Origin: the human T2T-CHM13v2.0 reference genome, Homo sapiens
Assembly (NCBI RefSeq): GCF_009914755.1
Contig: NC_060932.1
DNA length: 64,000 nucleotides
Reading direction: 5' to 3' (one strand)
Position 1 is the stretch's first letter. Each line of letters starts with the position of its first letter. The notes below the pieces were generated by a model. It was not told the DNA's origin. It saw nothing but the letters and a program-made list of their open reading frames with translations, and did not search any database. Shown one piece after another: positions 26,601 through 39,900 of the stretch. Made by a program: the position numbers and the translations under genes.

Positions 26601-27950
26601 GTTTCAGCTCACAGAGTTAATATTTTTAACATTTAGCACGTTTGAAACACTGTTTTTATAGAGTCTGTGAAGGGACAATTTGGAGCTTATAGAAGCCTAC
26701 AGTGAATAACAGAATATCCCATGAAAAAACTTGAAAGAAACTATATGTGAAACCTCTTTCTGATGTGTCTATTCAGCTCATAAAGCGAAACCTACCTTCA
26801 CATTCAGCAGGTTGGAAATGCTGTTTTTGCAGAAAAGGTGAAGAGACATTTTGGAGCTCACAGAGGCCTATTCTAAAAAACCAAACATTTCCTGATAAAA
26901 ACTAGAAAGATGCTATCTGTGAAACTGCTATGTGATGTGTGGATTCAGCACATAGAATGAAATTTTTCTTTACATTCAGCAGGTAAGAAACACTGTTTTT
27001 GTATAATCTATGAAAGAACATTTCTGATCTCACTGAAGCCTATAGTGAAAAACTGAATATCCCATGATAAAAACTAGAAAGAAGCTATCTGTGAAACCCC
27101 TTTGTAATGTGAGCATTCAGCTCTCAGAGGCAAACCTTTTTTTTACATTCATCAGGTTGGAAAGACTATTTTTGTGGAATCTGCATAGTTACATTTCAGA
27201 CCTCACTGAGTCCTGTAGTGAAAAAAACAAATATTCTACCTTAAAAACTAGAAAGAAGCTATCTGTGAAGTCTATTTGTGATATGTGGATTCAACTCATG
27301 AAGTGAAACATTTTTCAGCTGGAAACAATGTTTTTGTAAAATCTGCAAAGGGACATTTTGGAGCTCATAGTAGCCTATAGTTAAAAACAAAATATCTTGT
27401 GATAAAAACTAAAAAGATGCTCTCTGTGAAACCACTTTGTGATGTGTGGATTCAGCTCACACAGACAATCTTTTCTCTTCATTCAGCAGTTGGAAGCACT
27501 GTTTTTGTAGAATCTGCAATGGGACATATTAAATCCCATGGAGGCCTATCATGTAAAGCCAAATATCTTGTGATAAAAGTTTGAAAGAAGCTAGCAGGGA
27601 AACCTCTTTGTGATGTGTGGATTCACCTCATAGAGTGAAAGCTTTCTTCACCTTCAGCAGGTTGGAAACACTGTTTTTGTAGAATCTACGAAGTGTTCAC
27701 TGAGGCCTACAGTGAAAAACAGAATGTTTCATGATAAAAACTGTAAAGAAGCTATTTGTGTAACCACTTTGTGGTGTGTGTTTTCAGATCACAGAGTTAA
27801 ACCATTTTTTACATACAGCAGGTTGGAAACACTGTTTTGGTAGAATCTGCAAAAACACATTTTGGAACCCACTGAGGCCTATAGTGAAAAAATGAATATC
27901 CTGAGATAAAGACTAGAAAGAATCTGTCTGAGAAATTTATTTGTGATTTG

Positions 27951-30900
27951 TGGATTCATCACACAGAGTTAAACCCTTCTTTTGATTCAGCATGTTGGAA
28001 ACACTCTTTTTTAGAATCTGCAAGGGGACATTTTGAACCCCATAGAGGCCGGCAGAAGAAATCAACTATCCTGTGATAAAAACTAGAAAGTAGCTATTTG
28101 TGAACAACCTTGCAATGTATGGATTTGTCTCACAGAGGTAAACCTTTCTTTTGATTCAGCCGTTTGGAAACACTCTTTTTGCAGAATCTACAAGGGGACA
28201 TTTGGGAGCTAAATGAAGCCTATAGGGGAAAAACTGAATATCCTGTAATAAAAACTAGAAAGAAGCTATCTGTGAAACCACTTTTGTGATGTGCTGATTA
28301 ATCACACAGAGTTAAACTTTTCTTTTGATTCAACTGTTTGGAAACATTGTTTTTGTAGTATCGGCAAGGTGATATTTGGAAGACCATCGGGGAATATAGA
28401 GAAAAACTGAATATCATGAGCTAAAAACTAGACAGAAGCAATATGTGAAACGGCTTTGTGATGAGTGAATTCATTGTGCAGAGTTAAACCTTTCTTTTCA
28501 TTTAACAGTTTGGAAATACTCTTTTTGTAGAATCTGCAAAGGGACATTTTGGAGCCCACTGAGGTCCATAGTGAAAAACAAAATATCCCATGATAAAAAC
28601 CAGAAGGAAGCTATCTGTGAAACAGCTTTGTGATATGTGGATTCAGCTCACAGAGTTAAACCTTCCCTTTGATTCAGCATGTTTGAAACAGTCTTTTTGC
28701 AGAATTTGTGAAGGGACTTTTTAGAGCCCACTGAGGCCTACTGTGAAAATCTGAATATTCCGTGACAAAAACTAGAAAGAAGCCATGTGTATAACCACTT
28801 TGAGATGTGTGGATTCATCTTGCAGAGTTAAATCTTTCCTTTGGTTCAGAAGTTTGCAAACAGTCTTTTTGTAGGATCAGCAAATTTACATTACATAGCC
28901 CATTGAGGTATATAAGGTGAAGCCAAATATCCTACAAAAAAAAAAAAAACTATAAAGAAACTATCTGTGAAATGACTTTGTGATGTGTGAATTCATTTCA
29001 CAGAATTAAAACTTTCTTTTAATATAGCAGTTGTAAATACTCTTTGTAGAATGTATGATGTAATATTTTGGGTCCCACAAAGGCTTAGAGTGAAAAACCA
29101 ATATCATGCTGTAAAATATTGAAAAAAGCCATCTGTGAAACCGCTTTGTGATGTGTGGTTTCAGTTCACAGAATTAAACATTTTTTTTATTCAGCAGGTT
29201 GGAAACACTCTTTTTGCAGAATCTGCAAAGGGACATTTCAGGGCCACTGAGGTTCAGAGTGAAAAACTGAATATCCTGTGATAAAATCTAGAAAGAAGAT
29301 ATCTGTAAAACTGCTTTGTGATGTGTGAATTCACCTCACAGATTTAAAGATCTCTTTTGATTCAGCAGGTTGGAAACACACTGTAGAAACAGTGAAAGGA
29401 CATTTCAGGGCCCACTGAGGCCTATAGTGAAAAAAACAAATATCACATGTTAAAAACAAGATAGAAGCTGTCTGTGAAACAGCTTTGTGATGTCTGGATT
29501 TAGCTCAAAGGTGTAAACCTGTCTTTTGATTCAGCAGGTGAAAAACACTCTTATTGCAAAATCTGTGAAGGGACATTTCAGAGTCCACCGATTCCTGTAG
29601 TAAAAACAGGACATCCCATGATAAAAACTAGAAGAATCTATAAGTGAAATTCCTTTGTGATGTGTGAATTCAGCTCACGGAGTTAAACCATTTTTTGTTT
29701 CAGCAGGTTGGCAACACTCTTCTTTTAGAATCTGTGAAGGAACATTTCTGAGCCCACTGAGGCCCATATTGAAAAATTGAATATTCTGTGACAACAACTA
29801 GAAAGAAGCTATCTGTGAAATTGGTTTGCAATGTGTGGATTCAGCTCACAGAGGTAAAATTTTTTTATTCAGCAGGTTGGAAACACTGTGTTTGTGAAAT
29901 CTGTGAGGGGACATTTAGTAGCCCACTGTGGCCTATAGTGAAAAACCAAATATCATGAGAAAAACTAGAAAGAAGCTATCTTCGAAACTGCTATGTGATG
30001 TGCAGATCCAATCACAGATTTCAACCTTTCTTTTTGAGCATTTTGAAAATGCTCTTTTTGCAATATCTGCAAAGGCTCCTAAAGGGCCACTGAGTATTAT
30101 ATTTAAAAACCGAATGTTTTGTGATTAAAAAGTAGAAGGAAGCTATCTGAAAATTGGCTTTGTGATGTGTGGATTTGTCTTCACAGAGTTAAACCTCTAT
30201 TTCGATTCAGCACATTGGAAACACTTTGTAGAATCTGTGAAGGGATATTTTGGGCCACTGAGGCCAAAAGTAAAAAGTGAATATCCTACAATAAAACAAG
30301 AAAGATACTGTCTGAGAAACTGCCTTAGATTGTGTGGTTTAGCTCTAAGATTTAAACATTTCTTTTGATTTAACAGATTTGAAACACTCTTTTTGCAGAA
30401 TCTGTGGGGGGACATCTTGGAAATCACTGTGGCCTATAGTGAAAAAACAAATATCCTGTGATAAAAACTAGAAGAAGCTCTCTGTGAAACTTCTTTGTGA
30501 TGTGTGGATTTAGCTCACAGAGTTGAGCTTTTCTTTTTATTCAGCTGGTCGGTAACACTCTATTTTAGAATCTGTGAAAGGACATTTCGGAGCTCACTGA
30601 GATCTATAGTGAAAAACTGTATATCTTGCAAAAAAAACTAGAAAGAATCTATGTGTGAAACTTTTCTGTGATGTGTGGATTCAACTCACAGAGTTGATCC
30701 TTTCTTTTGATTCAGCAGGTTGGAAACACTTTTTGCAGAATGTGCGAAGGGACATTTCACTGACACAGAGGCCTGTAGTGAAAAACCAAATATCCCACGA
30801 AACAATTTAGAAAAAAGCTATCTGTAAAACTGCTTTGTGATATGTGGATTCATCGCACAGAGTTAAACCTTTCTGTTGATTCAGCAGGTTGGAAACACTG

Positions 30901-33900
30901 TATTTTTAGAGTCTACAGGAGATATTTAGGAGCCCATTGAGGAATACAGTGAAAATCTGAATTTCTTGTTGCAAAGAAAGAATCTAGCTGTGAAAACTCT
31001 TTGTGATGTTTGTATTAATCTCACAGAGTTGAACCTTTGTTTAGATTCAGCAGTTTGGAAACATTCTTTATTTAGAATCTATGAAGGGCTTTTTGGAGCC
31101 CTTTAAGGCCTATGGAGAAAAACTGAATATCCCTCAATAAAAACCAGAAAGAAGCTATCTTTTAAACTGCATTGCAATTTGTGCAATTATCCCACAGATC
31201 TAAACCTTTCCTTTGATTTAGCAGGTTAAAAACACTCTTTCCATAGAATCTAACAAGGCCCATTGAGGCTTATAGTGAAAACCTGAATATCCCATGATAA
31301 AAACTGAAAGGCATAATCTGGGAAATTTTTTGGTGATGTGTGGATTCATCTCACAGAGTTAAAACCTTCTTTTGATTTAACAAGTTGCAAACATCCTTTC
31401 TGTGGAATCTACAAAGCAACATTTTTGAGCCCATTGAGGCCTATAGTGTAAAAGATAATATACCACAATAAAAAGCAGAAAGTAACTATCTGTGGAACAG
31501 CTTTGTGATGTGTGGATTCATCTTTAAGAGATATAACTTTCTTTTGATTCAGCAGATTGGAAACACTCTTTGGGTAGGATCTACAAGGGAACATTTCAGA
31601 GCCCATTGAGACATATACCAAAAATCTGAATATCCTGTGATAAAACTAGAAAGACACATATGGTAAATTGCTTGGTGATGTGTGGATTCATATCACAGAG
31701 TTAAACCTTTATTATGATTCAGTAACTTGGAAACACTCTTTCTGTTGTATCTGCAAAGAGACAATTCAGAGCCCAGTGAGGCCTATAGTGAATATCCAAA
31801 TATCCTGATAAAAACTAGAAAAAAGCTATGTGTGAATATGTATTGTGGTGTGTAGATTCATCTCACCGAGTTAAACCTTTATTTTGATTCAGCAGGTTTG
31901 AAACACTCTTTTTGTAGAATCTACTTTCTTGGTCATTGAGGTCTATAGTGAAAAACCTGAATATCCCGTAATAAAAACCAGAAATATATGTCTGTGAAAC
32001 TGCTTTGCAATGTGTGGATTCACCTCATAGATTTAAATGTTTCTTTTGATTCAGCAGGTTGTAAACACTCTTTTTGTAGTATCAACAAAGGGAAATTTCA
32101 AAACCCATTCTGGCCTATAGTGAAAAAATGAATCTCTCTCAATAAAAAGAAAAATAAAGCTATCTGTGAATCCACTTTGGATGTCTGCATTCATCTCACA
32201 GAGTTAAACGTTTCTTTTGATTCAGATGGTTGGTAACACTCTTTTTGTAGAGTCTATGAAGTGACACTTCAAAGCCCCTTGGGTAACTATGTGAAAAACT
32301 TAACATGCCATGATAAAAAAATAGAAAGAAGCTATGTATGAAACTGCTTTGTGATGTGTGGATTCATCTCATAGAGTGAAACCTTTCTTTTGATTCAGCA
32401 GGTTGGAAACACTCTTTGTAGACTCAACAAAGATTCATGTCATAAGCCATTGAGGCCTACAATGAAAAACCAGATATCCCATGATAAAAACTAGAAAAAA
32501 CCTATCTTTGGAACTGATTTGTGATATGTGGATTCAACTAACAGAGTTCTCTTTTGATTCAGTGAAGTGGAAACACTCATTTTGTAGAATCTGTGGGGGA
32601 CAATTGGGAGCCCATTGTGGTCTATAGGGAGAAAACAGAATACCCACAATAGAAAAATAGAAATAAGCTATCTGTGAAACCACTTTATGATGTGTGGGTT
32701 CATCACACAGAGTAAAATCTGTTTTTTGATTTAGCAGGTTGGAAAAAAATCTACTAAGGGACCATTTGGAGACAATTTAGGCCTGTAATGTAAAACGAAA
32801 TATCCTATGATAAAAGCTAGAAAGAAGCTATCTGAGAAACTGCTTTGTGATGTGTGGATTTCTCTTACAGAGTAAACGTTGTATTAGCTTCAGCAGGTTG
32901 GAAACACTCTTTCTGTAGAATCTAAAAGGGACATTTCAGAGCCTGTTGAGGAATATACTGAAAAACTGAATAAATCACGATAAAAACCAGAAAGAAGCTA
33001 TCTGTGAAACCATTTAGTGATGTGCAAATTCATCTCACAGAGTTAAAACTTTCTTTGGAGGCACTGTTTTTGTAGAATCTTCAAAGAATATTTCAAAGCC
33101 AATAGATACCTATGTTGAAAAACTGAATATCTGGTGATAAAAAAAACAGAAAAAAATATCTGTGAAACTGCTTTGTGATGTGTGTTTCATCTCACATAAT
33201 TAAACCTTTCTTTTGATTCAGCAACATGGAAATACTCTTTTTTAGAATATTTGAAGAAACATTTCATAGCCCATTGAGGCCTATAATGAAAAATTGAATA
33301 TCTGATGATAAAAGCTAGAAAGGTGCAATTTGGGCAAGGACTTTGCAATGTGTGGATTCATCTCACGGAGTTAAGCCTTTCTTTTGATTCAGCAGGTTGG
33401 AAACAATCTTTCTGTGGAATCTATGAAGCGACGTTTCAGAGCCCAGTGAGGCCTATAGCAGATTTCCAAATATCCCATGATAAAAGCTAGAAAGGAGCTA
33501 TATGTGAAACCATTTTGTGATTTATGGATTCATCTCACAGAGATAAACTTTCTTTTGATACAGCAGCTTGAAATACTCTTTTTGCAGAATGTATGAATGT
33601 ACCATTCTGAGCCCAAGGCAAATAGTGAAAAATGAATATCCCACAATAAAAATTAAAAATAAACTATCTGTGGTACTGTTTTTCTATGTGTGCATTGATC
33701 CCACAGTGATAAACCTCACTTTTGATTCAGCAGGTTGGAAAGACTTTTACAGAATATACAAAGGGACATTTCAGATCCCACTGAGGCCTTTAGTGAAAAA
33801 TCAAATATCCCACAATAAAAACTAGAAAGATGCAATCTGAGCAACTGCTTTGCAATGTGTGGATTCATCTCACAGAGTTAAGCCAAAAAAAAAAATCTCT

Positions 33901-36900
33901 GTGAACTGCATTGCAATGTGTGGATTTACCTAACAGAGATAAATCTTTCTTTTGATTCAGCAGGTTCAAAACACTCTTTTTTGTAGAATCTATGAAGAAA
34001 CATTTTGAAGACCATTGAGGCCTATAGTCAAAAACTGGATATCCCACAATAAAAGCTAGAAAAAAGATTCTGTGAAACTCTTTGTGATGTGTGGATCCAG
34101 TTCACAGATTTAAATGTTTCTTTTGATTCAGCAGGTTAAAAACACTCATTTTTTAGTATCTAAAAGGGACATCTCAAAGACAATTGAGGGCTACAGTGAA
34201 AAACTGAATATTGCCCAAGAAAAACTAAAAAGAAGCTATCTGTGAAAACACTTTGGTTGTCTATATTTATGTCACAGAGTTAAACATTTCTTTCGATTAA
34301 GCAGATTGAAAACACTCTTTTTGTAGAGTGTACAAATAAATATTTCAGAGCCCACTGATGCCTGTTGTGAAAAACTGAATACCTCAAGATAAAAACTAGA
34401 AAGAAGCTATTTGAGAAACTGCTTTGCAATGTGTGGATTCATCTTGCAGTGATAAATCTTTCTTTTGATTCAGCAGGTTCAAAACTCTCTTTTTTGTAGA
34501 ATCTATGAAGAAATATTTTGGAGCCCATTGAGGATTATAGTCAAAAACTGAATATTCCATGATAAAAACTAGAAAGAAGATTCTGTGAAACCGCTTTATG
34601 ATGTGTGGATTCAGTTCACAGATTTAAACATTTCTTTTGATTCAGCAGGTTGAAAACACTCATTTTTTAGTATCTACAAAGGGACATTTTAATGTCAATT
34701 GAGGTCTATAGTAAAACAAAATGAATATCCCTGAATAAAAACTAAAAAGAAGCTATCTGTGAAAACACTTTGGTTGTCTATATTTATCTCAAAGACTTGA
34801 ACGTTTCTTTTGATTCAGCAGGTTGAAAACTCTCTTTTTGTAGAGTCTACAAAGAAACACTTCAAAGCCCACTGAGGCCTGTTTTGAAAAACCAAATATC
34901 TCATGATAAAAACTAGAAAGAATCTATCTATCTGTGGAACCACTTTGTGATGTGTGAGTGTATCTCACAGAGATAAACCTTTATTTAATTCAGCAGGTTT
35001 TAAACACTTTTTTTGTAGATTCGACAAAGGAACATTTTGTGGAGTATTAAGGCCTAGAGTGAAAAACCTAATACCCTGCAATAAAAACTAGAAAGATGCT
35101 TTGTGTGCAATCACTTTGAGATGTGTGGGTTCATATCACAGGGTTAAACATTTCTTTTGATTCAGCAGGTTGGAAACACTATTTTGTAGAAACTCCAAAG
35201 GAACATTTCAGAGCCCTTTGGGAGACCTAGGCCTGTGGTGAAAAACAGAATATTCCATGATAAAAACTAGAAAGAAGCTATCTGTGAAACTACTTTGCAA
35301 TTTGTGGATTCATCCTAGATAGTTAAACCGTTTTTTTTTATTCAGCAGCTTGGAAACTATTTTGTAGAATCTACAAAGGCACATTTCAAAGCCCCTTGAG
35401 GCCTATACTGAATATCAAACTATCCCACAATAAAAACTAGAAAGAAGCTATCTGTGAAACCGCTTTGCAATATGTGGATTCATCTTACAGAGTTAAACTT
35501 TTAATTTGAATCAGCAGGTTGGAAACCCTCTTTTTAAAGGGTCTACATAGGGACTTTTCAGAGCCCATTGAGGAATATAGTGTAAAAACGGATATCCCAT
35601 GATAAAAACTAGAAAGAAGCTATCTGTACAACTGCTTTGGCATGTGTGGATTCATCCCACACTGCTAAACGTTTCATTTGATTCTACAGGTTGGAAACAC
35701 TCTTTGTAGAATGTAGGAAAGAACATTTGGGAGCCCATTGAGGCATATTGTGAAAATCAGAATATCCTATGCTAAAAACTAGAAAGAAGCCATCTGTGAA
35801 ACCACTTTTCAATGTGTGGATTCATCTTACAGAGATAAACTTTTCCTTTGATTCAGCAGGTTGGAATCACAGTTTTTGTGTTATTTATGATGGGATACTT
35901 CAGAACCCATTAAGGCATACAGTGAAAAACAGAATATCCCGAGATAAAAACTGGAAAGAAGGTATCTGTGACACACCTTTGTGATGTGTGGAGTCATTTA
36001 GCAGAGATAAACTTTCTTTTGATTCAGCAGGTTGGAAACACTTTTCATGTAGAATCTATGAAGGGACAACTTGAAGCCCAATGAGGCCTATATTTTAAAT
36101 CCAAATATCCCACAATAAACACTAGAAAGAAGCTATCTGTGAAAACACTTTGCAATATGTGGATTCATCTTACACAGTAAAAGTTTTCTCTTCATTGAGT
36201 AGGTGAAAAACAATCTTTTTGTAGAATTATGAAGGGACTTTTTGGAGTCCATTAAGGCCAACAGTGAAAAACCGAATATTCCATGAGAAAAACTAGAAAG
36301 AATCTATCTGTGAAACTGCTTTGTGATGTGTAGATTCATCTCACATAAATAAACCTTTCTTTGTATTCAGAAGGTTGGAAACACTTTTTTTGTAGACTCT
36401 AATAAGGGACATTTCAGAGTCCATTAAGGAATAGAGTGAAAAACTGGATATCCTGCAATAAGCATTAGAAAGAAGCTATCTGTGAAACTGCTTTGTGATG
36501 TATGGATTCATCTCACAGATTTAAACCATCCTTTTGATTCAGCAGGTTTAAAGCACTCTTTTTGTAGAATCTACAAAAGGACATTTTGAGCCCATTGAAG
36601 CATAGTGTGTAAAAGTGAATATCCCACAACAAAAAGTAGAAAGAAGCTATTTGTGGAACTGCTTTGCAAAGTGTGAATTCACCTCACAGAAATAAACCTT
36701 ACTTTTGATTCAGCAGGTTGGAAACACTGTTTTGTAGAATTTACAAAGGGACATTTCAGAGCTCATTGAGGCCTATAGTGAAAACCCAAATATCCTGTGA
36801 TAAAAACTAGAAAGACACAATCTGGGAAATTGCTTGGCCACTTGTGGATTAATCTCACATACATAAACCTTACTTTTGATTCAGCAGCTTGGAAATACTG

Positions 36901-39900
36901 TTTTGTAGAATCTACTAAGAAACATTACAAAGCCCATTGAGGCCTATAGTGAAAAACTCAATATCCTTGATAAAAACTAAAAAGAAGCTATCTGTGAAAC
37001 TGCTTTGGATCTCTGTATTCATCTCACACAAATAAACGTTTCTTTTGACTCAGCAGATTGAAAGCAATCTTTTTGTAGAGTCTACGAAGGGACAGTTTAG
37101 AGTCCATTAAGGCCTATTGTAAAAAAGCAAATAGCCCACAATAAAAACTAGAAAGAAGCTATGTTTGAAACCACTTTGTGATGTGTGGATTCAACTCAGA
37201 GAGTTAAACTTTTCTTTTCATTCAGCAGGTTTGAAACACTCTTTTTGTAGAATCTGTGAAGGAATATTTTGGAACCCATTGAGGCCTATAGGGAAAAACG
37301 AAATATCCTGTGATAAAAACTAGGAAGAAGTTGTCTATGAAACTGCTTTGTAATGTGTGGATTAAACTCCCAGAGTTCAAACTCTCCTTTGATTCAGCAG
37401 GATGGAAAAACTTTTCTGTAGGGAAACACATTTCTGTAGGGAAAAATGCTTATGGGTTGCCTGTATAAATTGGCCATAAAAATATAGGACAATAAGTCGT
37501 GGAAAGTCACAGGAGGCCTCTGAGCAGGAAAGCCTCCTTATTGCCATCATGTTCCCATGCCCAGAGCTTGATCCGCTTGCTTATCTATGAAAACTGTGCT
37601 CAAGGAGAAAGACAATCCTTTGAATCATTGGAATGTGGCCAGACTTGCTGGCTCCTAGTTAAGCCTACTCCCAACAGCTGCTCTCAGTAAGTTAAAGAAT
37701 AAATCAGTAGTTAAGTAAATGCTGCTTAAGCACAAAGGAGATTCACTTAAACTGCCACTGCTATAGTTTATGTGTATGGTGCTCCTCCTTTCACGTTTTC
37801 ACCCCTGAACATCTGCTTATTAGATCTAAGTGATTGTATTCAATAAATAGTGTGGAGTCCAGAGCTCCAGGTCTTTGCAGCCTCCTACTTTGCACTGGCC
37901 CCCTTGCCCCCACCTTTATGCACTCTTAACTTGTCTCTTCTCATTCCTTTGTCACCATCAGACTTTCAGTATCCTACAGGTGGTGTTGAGGCTGGTCCTC
38001 AACACATTTCAGTGCCCATTGTTCCCTATAATGAAAAACTGAATATCCTGTGATGAAAACTAGAAAGATGCAATCTGGGTAACTGCTTTGTGATATGTGG
38101 ATTTATCTCAGAGTTAAGTCTTTCTTTTGATTCAACAGGTTGGAAACACTCTTTCTGTGGAATCTGCAAAGGGACATCTCAGAGTCCAGTGAGGCCTGTA
38201 GTGAATTTCCAAATATCACACAATAAAAACTAGAAAGAAGCTATATGTGAAACTGCTTTGTGATCTGTGGATTCATCCTGAATAGATAAAACTTTCTTTT
38301 GATACAGCAGTTTGCAAACACTCTTTTTGTAGAATCTATGAGTGTACATTTCTTAGCCCACTAAAGCCAGTAGTAAAAAAAACCTGAATATCCCATGATA
38401 AAAACTAGAAAGAAGATTCTTTGAAACTTCTTTTCAATGTGTGGAACCAGTTCACAGGTTTAAATGCTTCTTTTGATTCAGCAGGTTGAAAACACTCATT
38501 TTTTTGAAAGGGACATTTCAAAGCCCAGTGAGGTCTATAGTGAAAAACTGAATATCCCCCAATAAGAACTCAAAAGAAGCTATCTGTGAAATCGCTTTGG
38601 ATGTTTGTATTCATCATCTCACAGAGTTAAATGTTTCTTTTGATTCAGCAAGTTGGAAACATTATTTGTAGAATCAATGAAAGGACATTTCTGAGCCCCT
38701 TTAGGCATATAGTGAAAAACAAAATGTCACATGATAAAACTAGAAAGTAGCTAACTGTGAAACCACTTTGGGATGTGTGCATTGAACTCAAGGAGTTAAA
38801 CTTTTCTTTTTATTCAGCACGTTGGAAACATTCTTTTTTATAATCTGCTAAGGTACATTTCAAAGCCAATTGGGTCCTGTAGTGAAAAACAAAACTTGCC
38901 GAGATTAAAAACTAGAAAGTAGCTATCTGTGAAACCGCTTTGTGATGTGCACATTCTTCTCACAGAGATAAACCTTTCTTTAGATTCAGCAGGTTGGAAA
39001 CACTCTTTTTGTAGTATATACGAAGGGACATTTAGAAGCCCATTGAGGCATATAGTGAAAAGCAGAATATCCCATGATGAAAACTAGAAAGAAGTTATCT
39101 GGGAAACAACTTAGGATGTGTGGATTCATCTCACATACTTAAACCTTACTTTTGATTCAACAGGTTGAAACACAATTTTTGTAGAATATATGAAGAAACA
39201 TTTCAGTGTCTATTGCAGCCTATAGTGAAAAATGGAATATACCATAATGAAAACTAGAAAGAAGCTATCTGTAAAACTGATTTGGGATGTGTGCATTCAT
39301 CTCAAGTAGTTACACTTTTCTTTTTATTCAGCAAGCTGGAAACTCACTTTTTGTAGAACCTATGAAGGGACATTTCGTAGCCCATTGAGGCCTATAGTTA
39401 AAAGCTGAATATCCTGTGATGAAAACAAAAAGAAGCTATCTGTGAAACTGAATTTCAATGCATGGAATCATCTCACAGAGTTAAACCTTTCTTTTGATTA
39501 AGCATATTTTAATCACTGTTTTAGTAGAATATACAAAGGGACATTTCAGACCCTATTTAGGCCTATTGGGAAAAACAGAACATCTCACAATGAAAACTAG
39601 AAAAAAGCTATCTGTAAAACTGCTTTGTGATGTGTGGATTCATCTCACAGAGATATAGCTTTCTTTTGATTCAGAGGGTTGGAAACACCCTTTTTGTAGA
39701 ATCTATGAAGGGATATTTCAAATCACATTAGGACTATCGTGAAAAACTGAATATTTCACAATAAAATTTGGAAAGAAGCTATTTGTGCAACCTCTTTGCA
39801 ATATGTGGATTCATGTCACAAAGGTAAACCTTTCTTTTGATTCAACCTGGTTGGAAACACTCTTTTTGTAGAATCTACAAAAAGACATTTCACAGCCCTT

